Positions 37,321-50,887 are shown, numbered from the stretch's first letter. The stretch: DNA of 64,000 nucleotides from Octopus vulgaris (GCA_951406725.2 OX597815.1:118296001-118360000), one strand, 5' to 3'. Numbers and translations: made by a program. The notes: a model not told the origin generated them from the sequence alone.

Positions 37321-39468
37321 ATTTATGGCTGCCCCCTCGTTATCGAGTATGGCCATTGCACGAAGCTTAACTGTTACTGGTACTGTGATCGAATGTGACT
37401 TTTTAGCCCAGCTAAAGATCTACAATGTTTTGTACAAAATTGGCAACTAAAACCTTTACCGGTAATAGCCGACTGTAGTTGTAACTGGGCTTCATGTACC
37501 TTTGCATGTCGTTTAAGTCCTCCTGCCGAATTACACTCTCTTCCACATGCCTAACAGATATGATTAGTAAGGTGTGTAACACCACCACCAGTGGCCAGGT
37601 TGTCACTCATCTGTCTCGCTTTATGACTACGAAGATGACTCTTGAGTCCAGCTTTACTGAGGCAGGGTCTTGCACAGACACTTCATGTCAGCATCATAGG
37701 AAGACCCTTCCCATCTGGAAGTGTAACAGCGATGCCCTTCCTGACATCTCTCCTTACTTTCTCATGTGCAACTCGAGATTTCTCAAAAGTGACTGTCCTC
37801 TCGTGCACAATCCTTCTCCACCTGCTACGATCAATATCTATGCCTTCCCATGTGTCAGGAGAGATGCAAGCATCTCTTAAGGGAGCCTTCAACAAGTCCT
37901 TATACCTCTTTTTTGGTTTATGGGGAGGTCGTTCTCCTTTAGCTAACTCTCCATAAAAGAGTTGTTTTGGCATCCTTGAATCCTTCATCCTGACCAGATG
38001 ACCACTCCATCTGAGCCTTTGCTTTAACACAAAAGCTTCTATACTTTCACACCAAGAGCCTTCCAATATTTCAAGATCACTGATGCGGTCCTTCCACTTA
38101 ATGACATAGATCCGCCTGAGACACATCTGATGGAAACGTTCCAGTTGTTTAAGGTGGAATCGATATGTGACCCACGTCTCGCAGGCATAGAGAAGAGAAG
38201 GGAGCACACATGCCTTGTACACCTTTATCTTTGTCTTTCTGCATATGTCTCGCCGACTCCAGAGGCGCTTTTCTAGCCTTCCGAAAGCAACACTTGCTTT
38301 CCTAATTCTATAAGGAATTTCATCATCCAAATTGCTATATCTATTAATAGTGCTTCCCAGGTAGATAAGCTGATCAAGTGCATGAAGCCGTTTACCATAC
38401 ACATATATATTTGATACACTATACTGCTTACCAGGGGCAGGTTGATGCATGACAACAGTTTTCTTGAGATTGACTGTCAATCCTGAGGCAGTGCAAGCAT
38501 CAGAGAATGCATTCAAAATGTGTTGCATATCAATCTCTGTGTGTGCTACTGGCTCACAATCATCTGCATACAAAAAGTCTCTCATGATAGAGGTAAATAC
38601 CTTTGTTTTCGCAGCAAAGCGCCTGATATTAAATATGCTGCCAGAGGTTCGATAATGGCTGTAAACACTGTATCTGCATTTTCTGAATGCAATACAGAAC
38701 ACCATCGCAAAATATATGGAAAATAGGGTCGGTGCCAGAATATCCTCCTGTTTCACTCCATTTTGTATTGAAATGGGCTCCGACATTTTCCCTCTAACAT
38801 TCGCCCTACCATTCATGTCTTCATGAAAAGACCTAACCAAAGCAAGGAACTTTTCAGGACACCCAAGTTTCTGGAGGACTTTCCACAATGCTTTTCTATT
38901 GACGGTATCAAAGGCTTTTGTCAGATCGACAAAAACCTGATATAAATCCAGACCCTGTTCCACACACTTCTCCTGAAGCTGTCTAGCTGAAAAGATCATA
39001 TCAGCAGTGCTGCGTCCCACACGAAAGCCAGATTGACTTTCTGGAAGAACACAATCAGCACCGTTTTTCAGCAGACGATCCAGAAGTACCCTGCATAAAA
39101 CCTTTCCTACGACAGACAGCAATGATACTCCTCTATAATTACCACAATCATTCCTGTTGCCCTTTCCCTTATACAGGACCACCATTACTGTATCTCTCCA
39201 GTCCTCAGGTATAGATTCACTAGTCCATATCTTACCAAACAAAGAGTGAAGTTTCTGCAGAAGTTTCTCACCACCATGTTGTAACAACTCCGCATGTATG
39301 CCATCCATACCCGGAGACTTCCCATTATTCAACCTTGAGACAGCCGCTGCAACTTCTTCCAACTTTGGTGGTTCTGCAAGTGCTGCCTTCACAGGTAATC
39401 CAGGGATGAGATTGAGAACATCATCACTAACTACAGACTGCTGATTCAAAAGTTCATCAAAGTGCTCT

Positions 39469-39473
<5 letters not shown>
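37321..39473 (-). mobile_element. 5'-truncated RTE-clade LINE, well preserved, with (GTAT)n tail
   Basis: 588-aa RT ORF, a frameshifted CCHH (PCLSKAGLKSH) and a 3' stem-loop TGGCCATACTCGATAACGAGGGGGCAGCCA. Confidence 0.95.
37683..39449 (-). CDS. RTE reverse transcriptase (endonuclease missing through truncation)
   Basis: KSPGMDGI, NYRGVSLLS, QSGFR, FVDLTKAFDTVNR, FLYADD, YLGS, LRWSGHLVRM. Confidence 0.9.
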   Translation of the reverse strand: MNQQSVVSDDVLNLIPGLPVKAALAEPPKLEEVAAAVSRLNNGKSPGMDGIHAELLQHGGEKLLQKLHSLFGKIWTSESIPEDWRDTVMVVLYKGKGNRNDCGNYRGVSLLSVVGKVLCRVLLDRLLKNGADCVLPESQSGFRVGRSTADMIFSARQLQEKCVEQGLDLYQVFVDLTKAFDTVNRKALWKVLQKLGCPEKFLALVRSFHEDMNGRANVRGKMSEPISIQNGVKQEDILAPTLFSIYFAMVFCIAFRKCRYSVYSHYRTSGSIFNIRRFAAKTKVFTSIMRDFLYADDCEPVAHTEIDMQHILNAFSDACTASGLTVNLKKTVVMHQPAPGKQYSVSNIYVYGKRLHALDQLIYLGSTINRYSNLDDEIPYRIRKASVAFGRLEKRLWSRRDICRKTKIKVYKACVLPSLLYACETWVTYRFHLKQLERFHQMCLRRIYVIKWKDRISDLEILEGSWCESIEAFVLKQRLRWSGHLVRMKDSRMPKQLFYGELAKGERPPHKPKKRYKDLLKAPLRDACISPDTWEGIDIDRSRWRRIVHERTVTFEKSRVAHEKVRRDVRKGIAVTLPDGKGLPMMLT

Positions 39474-39505
<32 letters not shown>

Positions 39506-39535
39506 CAAAATAAGCAACAGGATATCATGTAGTGA

Positions 39536-39620
39536 TACAGTACGACCGTTTCAGGCGCTCCATTTAATTGAACAATGCAATCATTACATCAATTCAAATG
39601 CAATACCATCATCAGCTGCA
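39536..39620 (-). ncRNA. Partly decayed type I hammerhead with extended stem II
   Basis: Minus strand reads TGCAG CTGATGA [rod CATTTGAATTGA/TCAATTAAATG] GAA ACGGTCGT A CTGTA. It lies in a short cassette that ends in (TA)n. Confidence 0.65.
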
Positions 39621-39756
39621 CAAATAAATAAATAGAAATTTAAACCAGTTGGACATATTAACCCGTACATATGCATATAAATATATCTTATATAATAGAA
39701 CAGAGATTGTGTGTGTGTGTGTGTGTTTGTGTGTGTGTGTCTGTGCGCGCGCGCGT

Positions 39757-39829
<73 letters not shown>

Positions 39830-39854
39830 CGTGCGTATGTTTGTTAGGGATTTG

Positions 39855-40356
39855 AAAATTGAGCTGCCGATTTTGCCGTATCAGGTATCAAAAGATTCAA
39901 TAACCTTTCGGCAACAAATAAAGAATATTTTTTCACAACTCATTTTACAACAAAAAAAAAAATAATAATAATAAATAATAATAATAAATAAACTCGAAAA
40001 TAAGGTGGGATCGCAAAATTTTGAGGTCTTTAGGTAATGGAGGAAACTGCTTGAACAATCTTAAAATACATTGAGTATTACCAGGGAATGAAACTTCGAA
40101 GATATACCGTCAACTCTATTACCAATATTTAGTAGATAATCATTTAATTTGAACTATGTTTGTCTGTGTTTTGTTTAGCCCAGAGTTGCCTCTGGTAGAG
40201 ATGGGTCTGCTACACCAGGTTTATTTATTATTATTATTTATTATTATTATTTTTTTTTTGTTGTAAAATGAGTTGTGAAAAAACATTCTTTATTTGTTGC
40301 CGAAAGGTTATTGAATCTTTTGATACCTGATACGTCAAAATCGGCAGCTCAATTTT
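39855..40356. repeat. ~135-bp inverted repeats (39855-39991 / 40220-40356) around a ~230-bp spacer, within a Helitron/MITE-like element starting ~39686
   Basis: AAAATTGAGCTGCCGATTTTG...TTTTACAAC versus GTTGTAAAA...CAAAATCGGCAGCTCAATTTT. Confidence 0.9.
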
Positions 40357-41264
40357 TGTTTTCTTCCTGAAATACTGTAAATCTGTGTCCTTCCTTTGAT
40401 GAAAATGTGTGTTTTAAGTGTGTGTGTGTGTTTGTCTGCTATTTGTAGTAGCTCAAGTTACCACAGAGACAGCGGTGTGTGTGTGTGTGCGTATCTGTAT
40501 GTTTGTATGTATGCGTGTGTGTGTATGTGTGTGTGTGTGTTTTGTTGTGGTGATAAAAGTACTTTTACTCAGAATATTATGCACAATAATTTTTAAAGAA
40601 ATCTTTCTTACTGCTAACCATGTAACGTCAAATTACAATTGTTAATTGTTGGAAGTCAAGTAGACTGAGATGTACATATAGTGTTTATCGTATACAGTGG
40701 AAGTTCAATACAAAGTTTTGAACTCACTGTCTTGTGGTTTGTAACCCATTACCTTAAATTTAAAGCCATTAAGACTTTAAACATTATTTTACTGGGTTTA
40801 GTCTTTCGACTGTTGCTACGATGGGATATCACTTTCAAAAATTTAATTGATCACAACTGACCTCAGTACGTATTTCAATATGGCATTTATTTTATCGATT
40901 TTTGCTTTATGAACAGCTACCCTTGATGGTGGGATACAATACTCGATTTAACAAAAAATTTAACTACACACACACACACACACACACATAGGTGAAAATT
41001 TATTTTTCTTTGGTTTGTTCTAGAATAAATTATAAAAACAATTACAGTGTATCATGGATAATTCATATTTTTCAAATAAACCGTCATGCTGTTTGATAAA
41101 CAAATACATAAATGAATGAATAAATAAGCATAGGAAAACTTGCGCTCGTTTTCACACAAGCATACAGAAATTCGTACATAAATAAAAAAAATATACATAT
41201 AGTCATTTTGAATTTTATTTTTCCTGTTTGCATCGCCATACCTATACATACATACATACATACA

Positions 41265-41341
<77 letters not shown>

Positions 41342-41512
41342 GAGAAAGAGACAGAGAGAGGGGGATAGATAAAATTAAATAGAGAGACACAATTGACAAC
41401 CCAATAATTTATATTATAATATAATATAATATTCTATGAATATAATATATAATATAACATAAAATAAGATAATATGAAAAAGTATTAAAACATCAAAAGG
41501 TGTGATTTAAGG

Positions 41513-42049
41513 CCTGATGCAGTACCAGGCAGTGGCTCTCGTGGCTTCTGATGTTAACTGATTGGAAGTGTTATCATATATATTGTTTTGTCTTGGTATA
41601 AAAGATGGGCTACAGCAAATATTCTGTTCAATACTACAGATTAGCTTGTCAGTTGTTTGACCTTAACCAGTTAAGCATGTTCCTTAGTGGCATCTCTGAT
41701 CCCAAGCAGAAGTAGTGGGGGAGCCTCGTAGCAGTGTGTTGAAAGGAATTCTTAGATGTTTAGATAATTCACCTTTGGACGCATGGGTGGTTCGTTCAAC
41801 ATCCTTAAACAATCTTTATTCAGGGACCTTTTGAGCGGGATGGGCTACTCGATCAGAAGAAAATTCTAACTGAGCCCCACCTACAAGGTCATGCGCTGTT
41901 TATCTTGATATGAGATCACCATGTCGCGCACATATGGTTGTGATGCATGTGCCTAGTGTACCCTTATCAGACGGGTAGTCATGATGGGTATACTGGTCTT
42001 CGTATATTTCACCCCAGTGTCACTTTGATGGCATGCACTGCTCTCTCAC

Positions 42050-42051
<2 letters not shown>
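41513..42051 (+). mobile_element. Non-coding interspersed repeat ending in (TAA)n (probable LINE 3' UTR/SINE)
   Basis: GC-richer block with a sharp boundary that ends CTCTCTCACT(TAA)n. Family not identified. Confidence 0.45.
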
Positions 42052-42128
<77 letters not shown>

Positions 42129-42129
<1 letters not shown>

Positions 42130-42921
42130 GAAGTTAAAAACCAGAAAAAGGACAGAAATTATCTGACTGGCAGGAGAAGGCATTGTGTGGTGGATTCCCA
42201 AAGATAGTTGCAGCTAATAGCAATAGTGAGACATGGGTATGGTTGCAGAAAGGAAAGCTGAAAAAAAGAGGCAGGAAGTTTGTTAGTAACTGCACAAGAT
42301 CAAGCATTAAGGACTAATTAGATAAAAGCCAAGATAGACAAAAACCAGGTGGATTCGCAATGTAGGTTATGCAAATCAAAAGAGGAAAGTGTTACTCATA
42401 TAGTAAGTGAATGTAGTATACTAGCACAGAAAGAACACAAGCAAAGATATGACAACCTAGGGAGAGTAATTCACAGGGAGTTATGTAGAAAGCTAGTATT
42501 TGAACATACTAATAAATGGTATGAGCATGAACCTAGTAAAGTGTAAGAAAGTAAGAAATACAAGATGTTGTTATACTTTAACATTCAGACTAACAGAGTA
42601 TAGAAGCTAGAAGGCTTAATTAGTAGTAGTAGATAAAGAAAACAGAAAGTGCCAAATAATTGACTTTATAGTCCCAAATGATAAAAAAAATCAATATGAG
42701 AGGAATAGAAAAAATAGCAAAGAACCCGAACCTAGCCATTGAATTACAGAGACTATGGAAAGTGCGGGTAAAATGTATTCCAGTAGCTATAGATAGAGGA
42801 AATAGGCATAAAACCCAGTTTAGTACAGCTCCAGAAAATAGTGTTATAAAGGACAGCTAGGATACTAGCCCGATGTTAGGATTTTTCTCTTCAAGCAGTC
42901 TAATCTGTTGTGTGTATATGA
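42129..42921 (+). mobile_element. Degenerate R4/Dong LINE 3' fragment between TAA tracts
   Basis: TAQDQALRT, CRLCKSKEESVTHIVSEC, WYEHEP, IIDFIVP, LAIELQRLW. Confidence 0.85.
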
Positions 42922-42940
42922 AAATAATAATGATAATAAT

Positions 42941-43760
42941 GATTTCTTTATTAACCACAAGGGTTTACATTAAGTAAAACATGGACAGCACAAGACGCAA
43001 CAAAGAATGTGTGTGTGTGTTATTGTGAGGGTTTTGCATGTAAACAAAACCAACAAAATGTTAAACATTAACAATGTGTGATCCTCAATAGGGAGGAGAT
43101 ATTCGAGGGCTGCTCATGTAAAAATCCCATAAAAATCCCATGAGCGCCCCGACTTTTGGGGTAGGTGTCTTTTTTCCTTTCCTGTCTTTATTATTTTCAA
43201 CTACAGGCGTATGCTTAGGGCAGGGTGGTTCACCCGCGTCATTCTTGCCATTTTTATCCAACTTTCAGCAAACTGGCTAGAAGACAATACTTCCTTCTCT
43301 ACTGTTATTTTCTTTTTCAACTGAAAGTTGGAAAAGTTGCTTAGGGATTGGCCAAAGAGAAAAGTCTTTGTCTTCAACCCCTTCAATCACGTCTACCATA
43401 CAACCTCTTTCGCCAGGCCACCAGGCATATAAACACTGTCTTTCTTTCTCGGTTAAATGAAGGCGGTGGGGCGATCTTCACGATGGATTCAGTTGACAGC
43501 CGGATCCGTCCCACACACAACAGCAGCTGTTCGACATAAAACCAAAGGTCAGCAAAGCTCGGGCACTGGACGTGTGCATGCAGAACCGTCTCGTCGTCCT
43601 GCATTCATCTCGGATATGCTCGGCAAAGCGCCTCGGTAACATTGTCAGGCCAGAGATTTTTGGAAATTATCCATCGCCCTCGGCCCGAAATTTCTCCGGA
43701 AAAGAGGGGCTTGTTGATCTTTTCCGACGCCCAAAGTCTCCCCAAGAACGCGTCGCACTT
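42941..43760 (-). mobile_element. Tx1-like LINE 3' fragment
   Basis: ETVLHAHVQC...GRIRLS..SIVKIAPP is homologous to the 31.9-32.4 kb region. The 3' end is CCTTGTGGTTAATAAAGAAATC. Confidence 0.8.
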
Positions 43761-43974
43761 TTCCTCCACTTATCTTCTATAAAAAGCTAAAGTGGAATGA
43801 TAAAGTTCAACCTTTTAACTAAGTTTAATTTCTACGCATGTATTATGTTGTCGCTATTGTTTAATTTCAGCTTTGCTCTGATTAAGCATATCTATGATGA
43901 AATGTGTTCCAACCGTGACCATCATGTTTTTTAGTGTGTCAGTATTTACATTATTCAATATCTCTTATTTACAG

Positions 43975-44245
43975 CTCTATATTTAAGAGATGAGGAATTA
44001 TGTACATTATTTACATTATTTTCAATTTACGGATATTTGTCTTCATCTTGTTTGTTGTTAACACAACATTTTCGGCTGATATACCCTCCAGCCTTCATCA
44101 TGATGAAGGCTGGAGGATATATCAGCCGAAAACGTTCCCCAAGACACCTGATGAAGGCTGGAGGGTATATCAGCCGAAAACGTTATGTTAACAACAAACA
44201 AGATGAGGACAAATATCCGTCAGTCGTAAATAATGTAAATAATAT
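43975..44245. mobile_element. PLE-type pLTR cassette: inverted plus tandem copies with three hammerhead cores
   Basis: Palindrome centred at 44100/44101; GACAC CTGATGA AGGCTG gagggtatat CAGCC GAAAACGTT at 44143-44184; ~44005-44100 mirrors ~44149-44243. Confidence 0.85.
44143..44189 (+). ncRNA. Minimal hammerhead-like motif (PLE type)
   Basis: CTGATGA(A) core, stem II GGCTG/CAGCC, GAAA, palindromic AACGTT; stem I is weak. Confidence 0.65.
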
Positions 44246-44438
44246 CCCTTATTTAAGACTTCATTGAGGAATCTAAAGGAGAATTGCTTGCTCTTTCTAA
44301 TAGGTTCTAAAAGAGGTTCTCTCGTTAGCCCATGTTCATTATCAAATACTCTGTTGATGACGACAGGGTGTGATTTAAGGAAGAGCTGCATGCATTTCTA
44401 GCCATGCCTTCAAGTCTATTTGTCTGTCTGTTTATCTT

Positions 44439-44470
<32 letters not shown>

Positions 44471-45203
44471 GCTGTCTGTCTGTCTGTCTCTCTCTCTTTC
44501 TCTCCTACCCCTCCTTCTCTCGCGTTGGCTTGCGTAAAACTATGTTGCTAGTCGAGATGAGGAGTAGTAGGAAGGTGGGAGTATAGACCAAACTAAACTA
44601 GAAACGGATTAGGGATGGTGTAGTTATGTCATGAAAAGTACATCTGAACATATTCAGAGACTCACTGAGGGTGCGGCAATTATTTGAGTAATTTTGCTTA
44701 GTTTTTCTATTTGTGCGTAATGGCCGATGTAATTTTAAACTATGTCATTACTAGTAACTACGTAATCGGTGAACTGATGCAGAAAGGTGTCATAAAAGCT
44801 GTCCGAAATAACTTCACATTTGAAAGCTGATCAAAATGATTTCATTTGATTAGTTTTTTTTTTTTCCTGATTCTTTTAGCCCCAAACAAAAGTCTAGGCC
44901 AGTGTAGTACAGAGAAGACAAAGGAGGAGCTTACAAATTCAATTCTGTCGGTTGACAGAGAGCTTAAAGAACTGAAGAATATCATAGATCAGAGGAAACC
45001 AAGATCAAGGCATTGTGTTCGAGAGAGCAGCAGTATCGTGAAAAAAAACAATTAGAATGATTATTTTTAGATAAAAAATATAAATAAACGTGGGCGGAGT
45101 TTTGGAAGAGATATCCCATACGTCATAGAGACAAAAAAGGTGACAGGTGTGAGTTATGGGGTGCGGTGAAAATGTAAAAAGTTGAGATTTTAGGATTTTT
45201 TTC

Positions 45204-45358
<155 letters not shown>

Positions 45359-45589
45359 TTGCTTGTTTTTGTTTGAATTGACTATATACGTGTATATATA
45401 GATAGGGAGAATTCATAAAAAAAAAGCAAAAGACGAAGACAGGTGGTGTAGACAACGAACAGATGTATTAGTTTAATGCTCGGGAAGTGAAAAAGTCTTT
45501 AACATTTTCTTTTGATACCAAGTCAAGGTTTGATTGGAAACCGTGAAAATCAGTTTTTCCACGTTTTTTTACCATTATTTTCTTCTTGT

Positions 45590-46230
45590 TTTCTCTCATT
45601 ATTCTTTATCAAATGTTGCTGAAACGATTTTTATATTTGGTTATGAACATTCTGCCACCCACCACAGTATCAGGGTTCACTGTAAAACATTCCTGTTCCT
45701 CATCTTTAGCAGCCCCATCGCCATTCCCCTGTTCCTCCTGTCTGCTCTTCTCTCTGCTTTCAACTCCTAGCTCCCTGTTTTCAACTCCGACCATCCTTTG
45801 TAGTCCATCCGCAGGGTCTCTCAGACTCTCACCAATCCGAGATATTTCTACTCCTCCTAATCACTCTCCTAATCACTCTCACTTGGTTCATTAGTTTATT
45901 TTCTGACATTTTCCATCCAAAATTTGAAGGTACATCAATCTACTCCACGACTTCTTTCCAGCTTTGCTCTTTCATGACATTCAATAAGCATATCGTACTC
46001 TTCCATCCTCCACTTATGTCTGTTTTTGCGCGCACCGTGCACGTGATCTGTTGTGACATACCAACCGTCCGAGGCCAGCTCACTGCCCCTGACGCGGGGA
46101 GTTTTGGACGTCCCGTGCGGGAAATCTTCACCATGATCGGCTATAGCTTCATTCTCACCGTTAATTTTTTTCTTGTTGTGTTGCATCATGATTTCTTGAG
46201 TCGTTCGTGTGGTTCCTACGAGAGTTGTTG
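45590..46230 (-). mobile_element. Probable R4/Dong LINE N-terminal fragment
   Basis: RHKWRMEEYDMLIECHERAK..RSRG resembles the N-terminal motif of R4/Dong ORFs. This is recognition by eye, not an alignment. Confidence 0.5.
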
Positions 46231-46489
46231 AGTTCCCATCTCTCTCTTCCTCTCTTTATTTGTATATACACGCGCACATGTATGTACATACACATATATA
46301 TAAATAACGTTCTTGCATTGTGTCGCCTCCATAACCACAGTGATTATCATTACCGCCATCGTTCTACCTATAGCATTTAAAATTATCAATAATAATATGA
46401 ATCCCGGTATATTGCAGCAGATCTTCACCTTTCACTCCTTATACAATGGTCTATATTAATTAGTCCTCTGCCACAATTCTTTCTTTTCA

Positions 46490-46894
<405 letters not shown>

Positions 46895-48265
46895 GAGGAG
46901 GAGGAGGAGGAGGAGGAGGAGGAGGAGGAAGAGTAGTAACAGCTCCAGTTTTTAGTTGGCATTTTTTTATGATCTTGATAATCTTTTAAAATATATTAAA
47001 TACAGACGGAGAGGTACATAGGTTATATGAACAGACAAATGAAATGGAGACTTTACTCCACTTCACTTCACTTTACTCCACACAAGGACATATATGGAGA
47101 CATGTGTCCAAACATATAGAGATACACATCCATACATACAGACATGGCACATAGCGCACACACAGACATGCATGCACAAGGAAACGGACGTGCATACATA
47201 TACAAACACACGCCCACACACACACATACATAAAAAAATACACAAACACGGACATGCAAGCACATGAATATGCAGAATACATACATACAGATGCACACAC
47301 ATACATACATATATACATATGCATTCACACACATGTATACATACACACACATGCATACATACATACACACATACATACATACATACATACATACATACAT
47401 ACATACATACATACATACATACATACATACATACATGCATACACACATACATACATACGTACATGCATGCATGCATAGGCACACACACATACACACTGAC
47501 CCACACACATGCGCACAAACAAACAAAAAGGAACGCAGTGTAACTAACGGACAGAGTCAAGACTATGGAAAAGGTTGCAAGACGTAACGAAAATTTTAGG
47601 AAACTAAAAATAAGAAATAAGTAGAAATTTTACCGGTGAGTGTGTTAAATTATAAGGCACAATAAGAAAATGACTCTCCCCAAACACAACAGTATATTAA
47701 ATAAGCTAATGTCATTTAGTTATTTATAATTTTCTTTATTATTATTATTAAAGAAAACATTATTTATATAACCTATAAAATTACTCTACGCGCAATTATA
47801 CGCAAGTTTGTTTGCTTTGGTGTGTTCAGTAAAGTAAAGGAAAGAAAATGAAATAGAAGTTTTTACAAAAGCAAGGATGTTGTCCTAATGCTTTCAATTT
47901 TTTTTTTCTCTATATTACATTCCAATCGTTGTTATTTCTCACGTTTTCATATTAACCAAAAGAAGTTTGTATTTCTTAATGTCTTTTTAACACGTTTTTA
48001 AACACCATTTGATAAACATAGGAGTATTCTGACTTGGATACTGGCGACGAATTGATTGGCAACAAATTAAACTGAACTGCAATTAGTTGCAAGCCGAACA
48101 CACTGGCGACTCATGATTTCTCAATTCACTGAATTTTCAACTCATAGTCATCACGGAGTAATATTTGTACAAATCTCTACAGGAAAGCTGTCTGCAGAGA
48201 TCTGTTTAATCTATTTGGAGTTAGCCCTCTGTACAAAGACAGCTATATACATACAGATTATATCA

Positions 48266-48478
48266 TATTTCTTTATTGCCCACAAGGAGCTAAACACATA
48301 GGGGAAAAACAAGGACAGACAAAGGGATTAAGTCGATTACATCGACCCAGTGCGAAACTGGTACTTTATTTATCGACCCCGAAAGGATGAAAGGCAAAGT
48401 CGACCTCGGCGGAATTTGAACTCAGAACGTAACGACAGACGAAATACTGCTAAGCATTTCACCCGGCGCGCTAACGTG
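48266..48478 (-). mobile_element. Meta-like SINE with Tx1-like tail
   Basis: The minus strand ends TGTTTAGCTCCTTGTGGGCAATAAAGAAAT. Confidence 0.85.
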
Positions 48479-48722
48479 TCTAGGCGTTAGGAGGGGCTAC
48501 ATATGTTCAGTCGTATTAATGACAAATACAAGACACGATATCAAACTACCAATATCAAGCTGTTCGAAAAGACGCTGGAAATTAACAGCTGCTTAACATC
48601 TTTTATTTGTCAACAGTCAGCTCTCAAACCCGAAAAAAGGAGCAATTTTCCCAGTACATGTACCTTGAGGTTGTCAAACTTCAGCGACAGAACAACTACT
48701 GCATTCTGCAAAGCTATTCGGG

Positions 48723-48784
<62 letters not shown>

Positions 48785-49579
48785 GGTTTATTCAGGATTT
48801 TCATTATAAAAAGCCTATGGAGGAAATGCCCGCTCAGAACCTGACATTAACAACCGACGCACGTTTGCCAGCTGTCCTACTCACAGTACATGAAATATTT
48901 GTGCGAATTTCCGTCGTCTTTCGGATGGAGTGTACATTCTAATAAGTGGCATTAAGGTTTGGCATTTAATAAAAACACCTACACGAAGGCATTTCATCAT
49001 TCAAATATAAAAAAGAACCCACTTAGATAAATGCCAGAACAAAGACATTGTCTTTACTATTAGAGCTACAAACCGAAATGTCGGTAGCTTGCAAATCAAA
49101 GAAGTTATTATTAGATATTAGAAACCAATCATAAAGAGTGATTTGTTCGTATTCAGCAGGAACTAAACGAAGCCATTGGCTAATCTAGTCACTCCAACCG
49201 ATTCCCTACAATGCAACATTTCACCTAGCTTTTTCCTTGCAAATACCTGTTTGTTTTTTTATCTCACGTACTGACAATAGAAACATAATAAAATACTCTA
49301 AAAAGTGTCGCATTAACACAATTTTGAAACTTTCTTTTTATGCACTTCAACATACGGTTTCTATCACTTCGTGATGTCTTAAAATAAGATGTCACGAACA
49401 TAGAAGCGTATTCCTGTTACACTCGCTCTTTGAAAGGAATAGCCCATGTTCGTATTTATATTTAACCTATCCTCGGATCAGCTCACCATATACTTCCAAG
49501 AAGTATTTACAATGCACTGCACTACACAGCAGCACAAACAAAACTACATAAGAAAAACATTAGCAGACAAGACATCTAT

Positions 49580-49930
49580 ACTCAACCATTCTCAGCCATT
49601 TTTTAATCTATGAACCCCTTTGATTACTATTTTATTCTGGTGGTCCCCCATAGCCATCCGATGTTTAAAACTAGTTTTATAGAAACTGCTTTCAAAATTT
49701 CTATATGGTTTTTCACACATGGACTTGTGTAGGTTGAACTATGTAGAATAGTTAGACAAAGAATTCTAGCTGTTTCTTGCAATACGTACCAAATACATAT
49801 ATCTAAAGCAACATTTTTCAGAGGCCCTTAAAATACTATTGTGGGTCTCTATTTTACTATTTTGTTGCATAGACACCCAAAATCTTATATGGACCCTCAG
49901 GGGCCGTATGAACCCCGGTCGAGGCCTACT
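49580..49930. mobile_element. hAT-like MITE remnant
   Basis: CTCAACCATT... start and GGACCCTCAGGGGCCGTATGAACCCCGGTCGAG end, typical of Charlie-like MITEs; degraded. Confidence 0.4.
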
Positions 49931-50538
49931 GCTTTATAGAATTTCGCCAAAAATCAAATTAATGGTAGGAGCAATGCTCATTACAAAATACAGTGCTAAC
50001 CACAGAAACAGCATGTCACAAACAAAAATAAATAGCTGGTTGATGATGTATAAATCCAAAGGTTAAAATTAAAATAGTAAGGTTTATACACCAATCAGTG
50101 GGATCTGCACCAAACATACTGATCCTTCGTAAAGGAGGCAGTAATACATTCCAGCTAGAGAGAAACAGGAGTAAAACAACAAACGAAGTGGGAATGAGAG
50201 ACAGTGAAAGGCGGTAAAGCAGGCGAACAGCTTTCAAAAGTTTTACTCGAAAGACGCTGGTTGGTAAGCAAGTGACTTACCACACAGCCACTCCTGCGCC
50301 TATAATATTGTATTATTTGTTTACAAAATAGATATAAGATTTTAAAAAAATATGATTAATTTTTATTGTATTCTTTATATATATTGTTTTCGGTATAAAA
50401 TATAACAGCAATTTTTATCGTAATTTATAATCACTTTATCAGTTTCATACTCACACACGCACACACACACAGATATATCAATATAGATATGGAATTAAAT
50501 ATTAAACATTTTTGTTTATAAAATATTATCGTTTACAT

Positions 50539-50612
50539 CAGTGCTACTCAAAATGGCGGTCCGCGGACCGGTGCCGATGCCACGAACCATCAGCTACCGG
50601 TACGCGGCGAGT
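50539..50612 (+). mobile_element. hAT-Charlie (MER5-like) terminal fragment
   Basis: CAGTGCTACTCAAAATGGCGGTCCGCGGACC. Confidence 0.5.
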
Positions 50613-50826
50613 TTCCAGAAAAGAAAGAAACATTATAAAAATGCTTATAAAATGCTTATAAAATGCTTATGCAATATTCTCTTTTCTCTTTTACTCTCTT
50701 TTACTTTTTTCAGTCATTTGACTGAGGCCATGCTGGAGCACCGCCTTTAGTCGAGCAAATCGACCCCAGGACTTATTCTTTGTACGCCTAGTATTTATTT
50801 TATCGGTCTTTTTACCGAACCGCTAG

Positions 50827-50887
<61 letters not shown>

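Noticed and set aside
37683-39449. RTE ORF as an autonomous active element or domesticated gene
   Set aside because: It is 5'-truncated at a (TA)n tract, lacks the AP endonuclease, has QE in place of the conserved QG, and its C-terminal finger is frameshifted.
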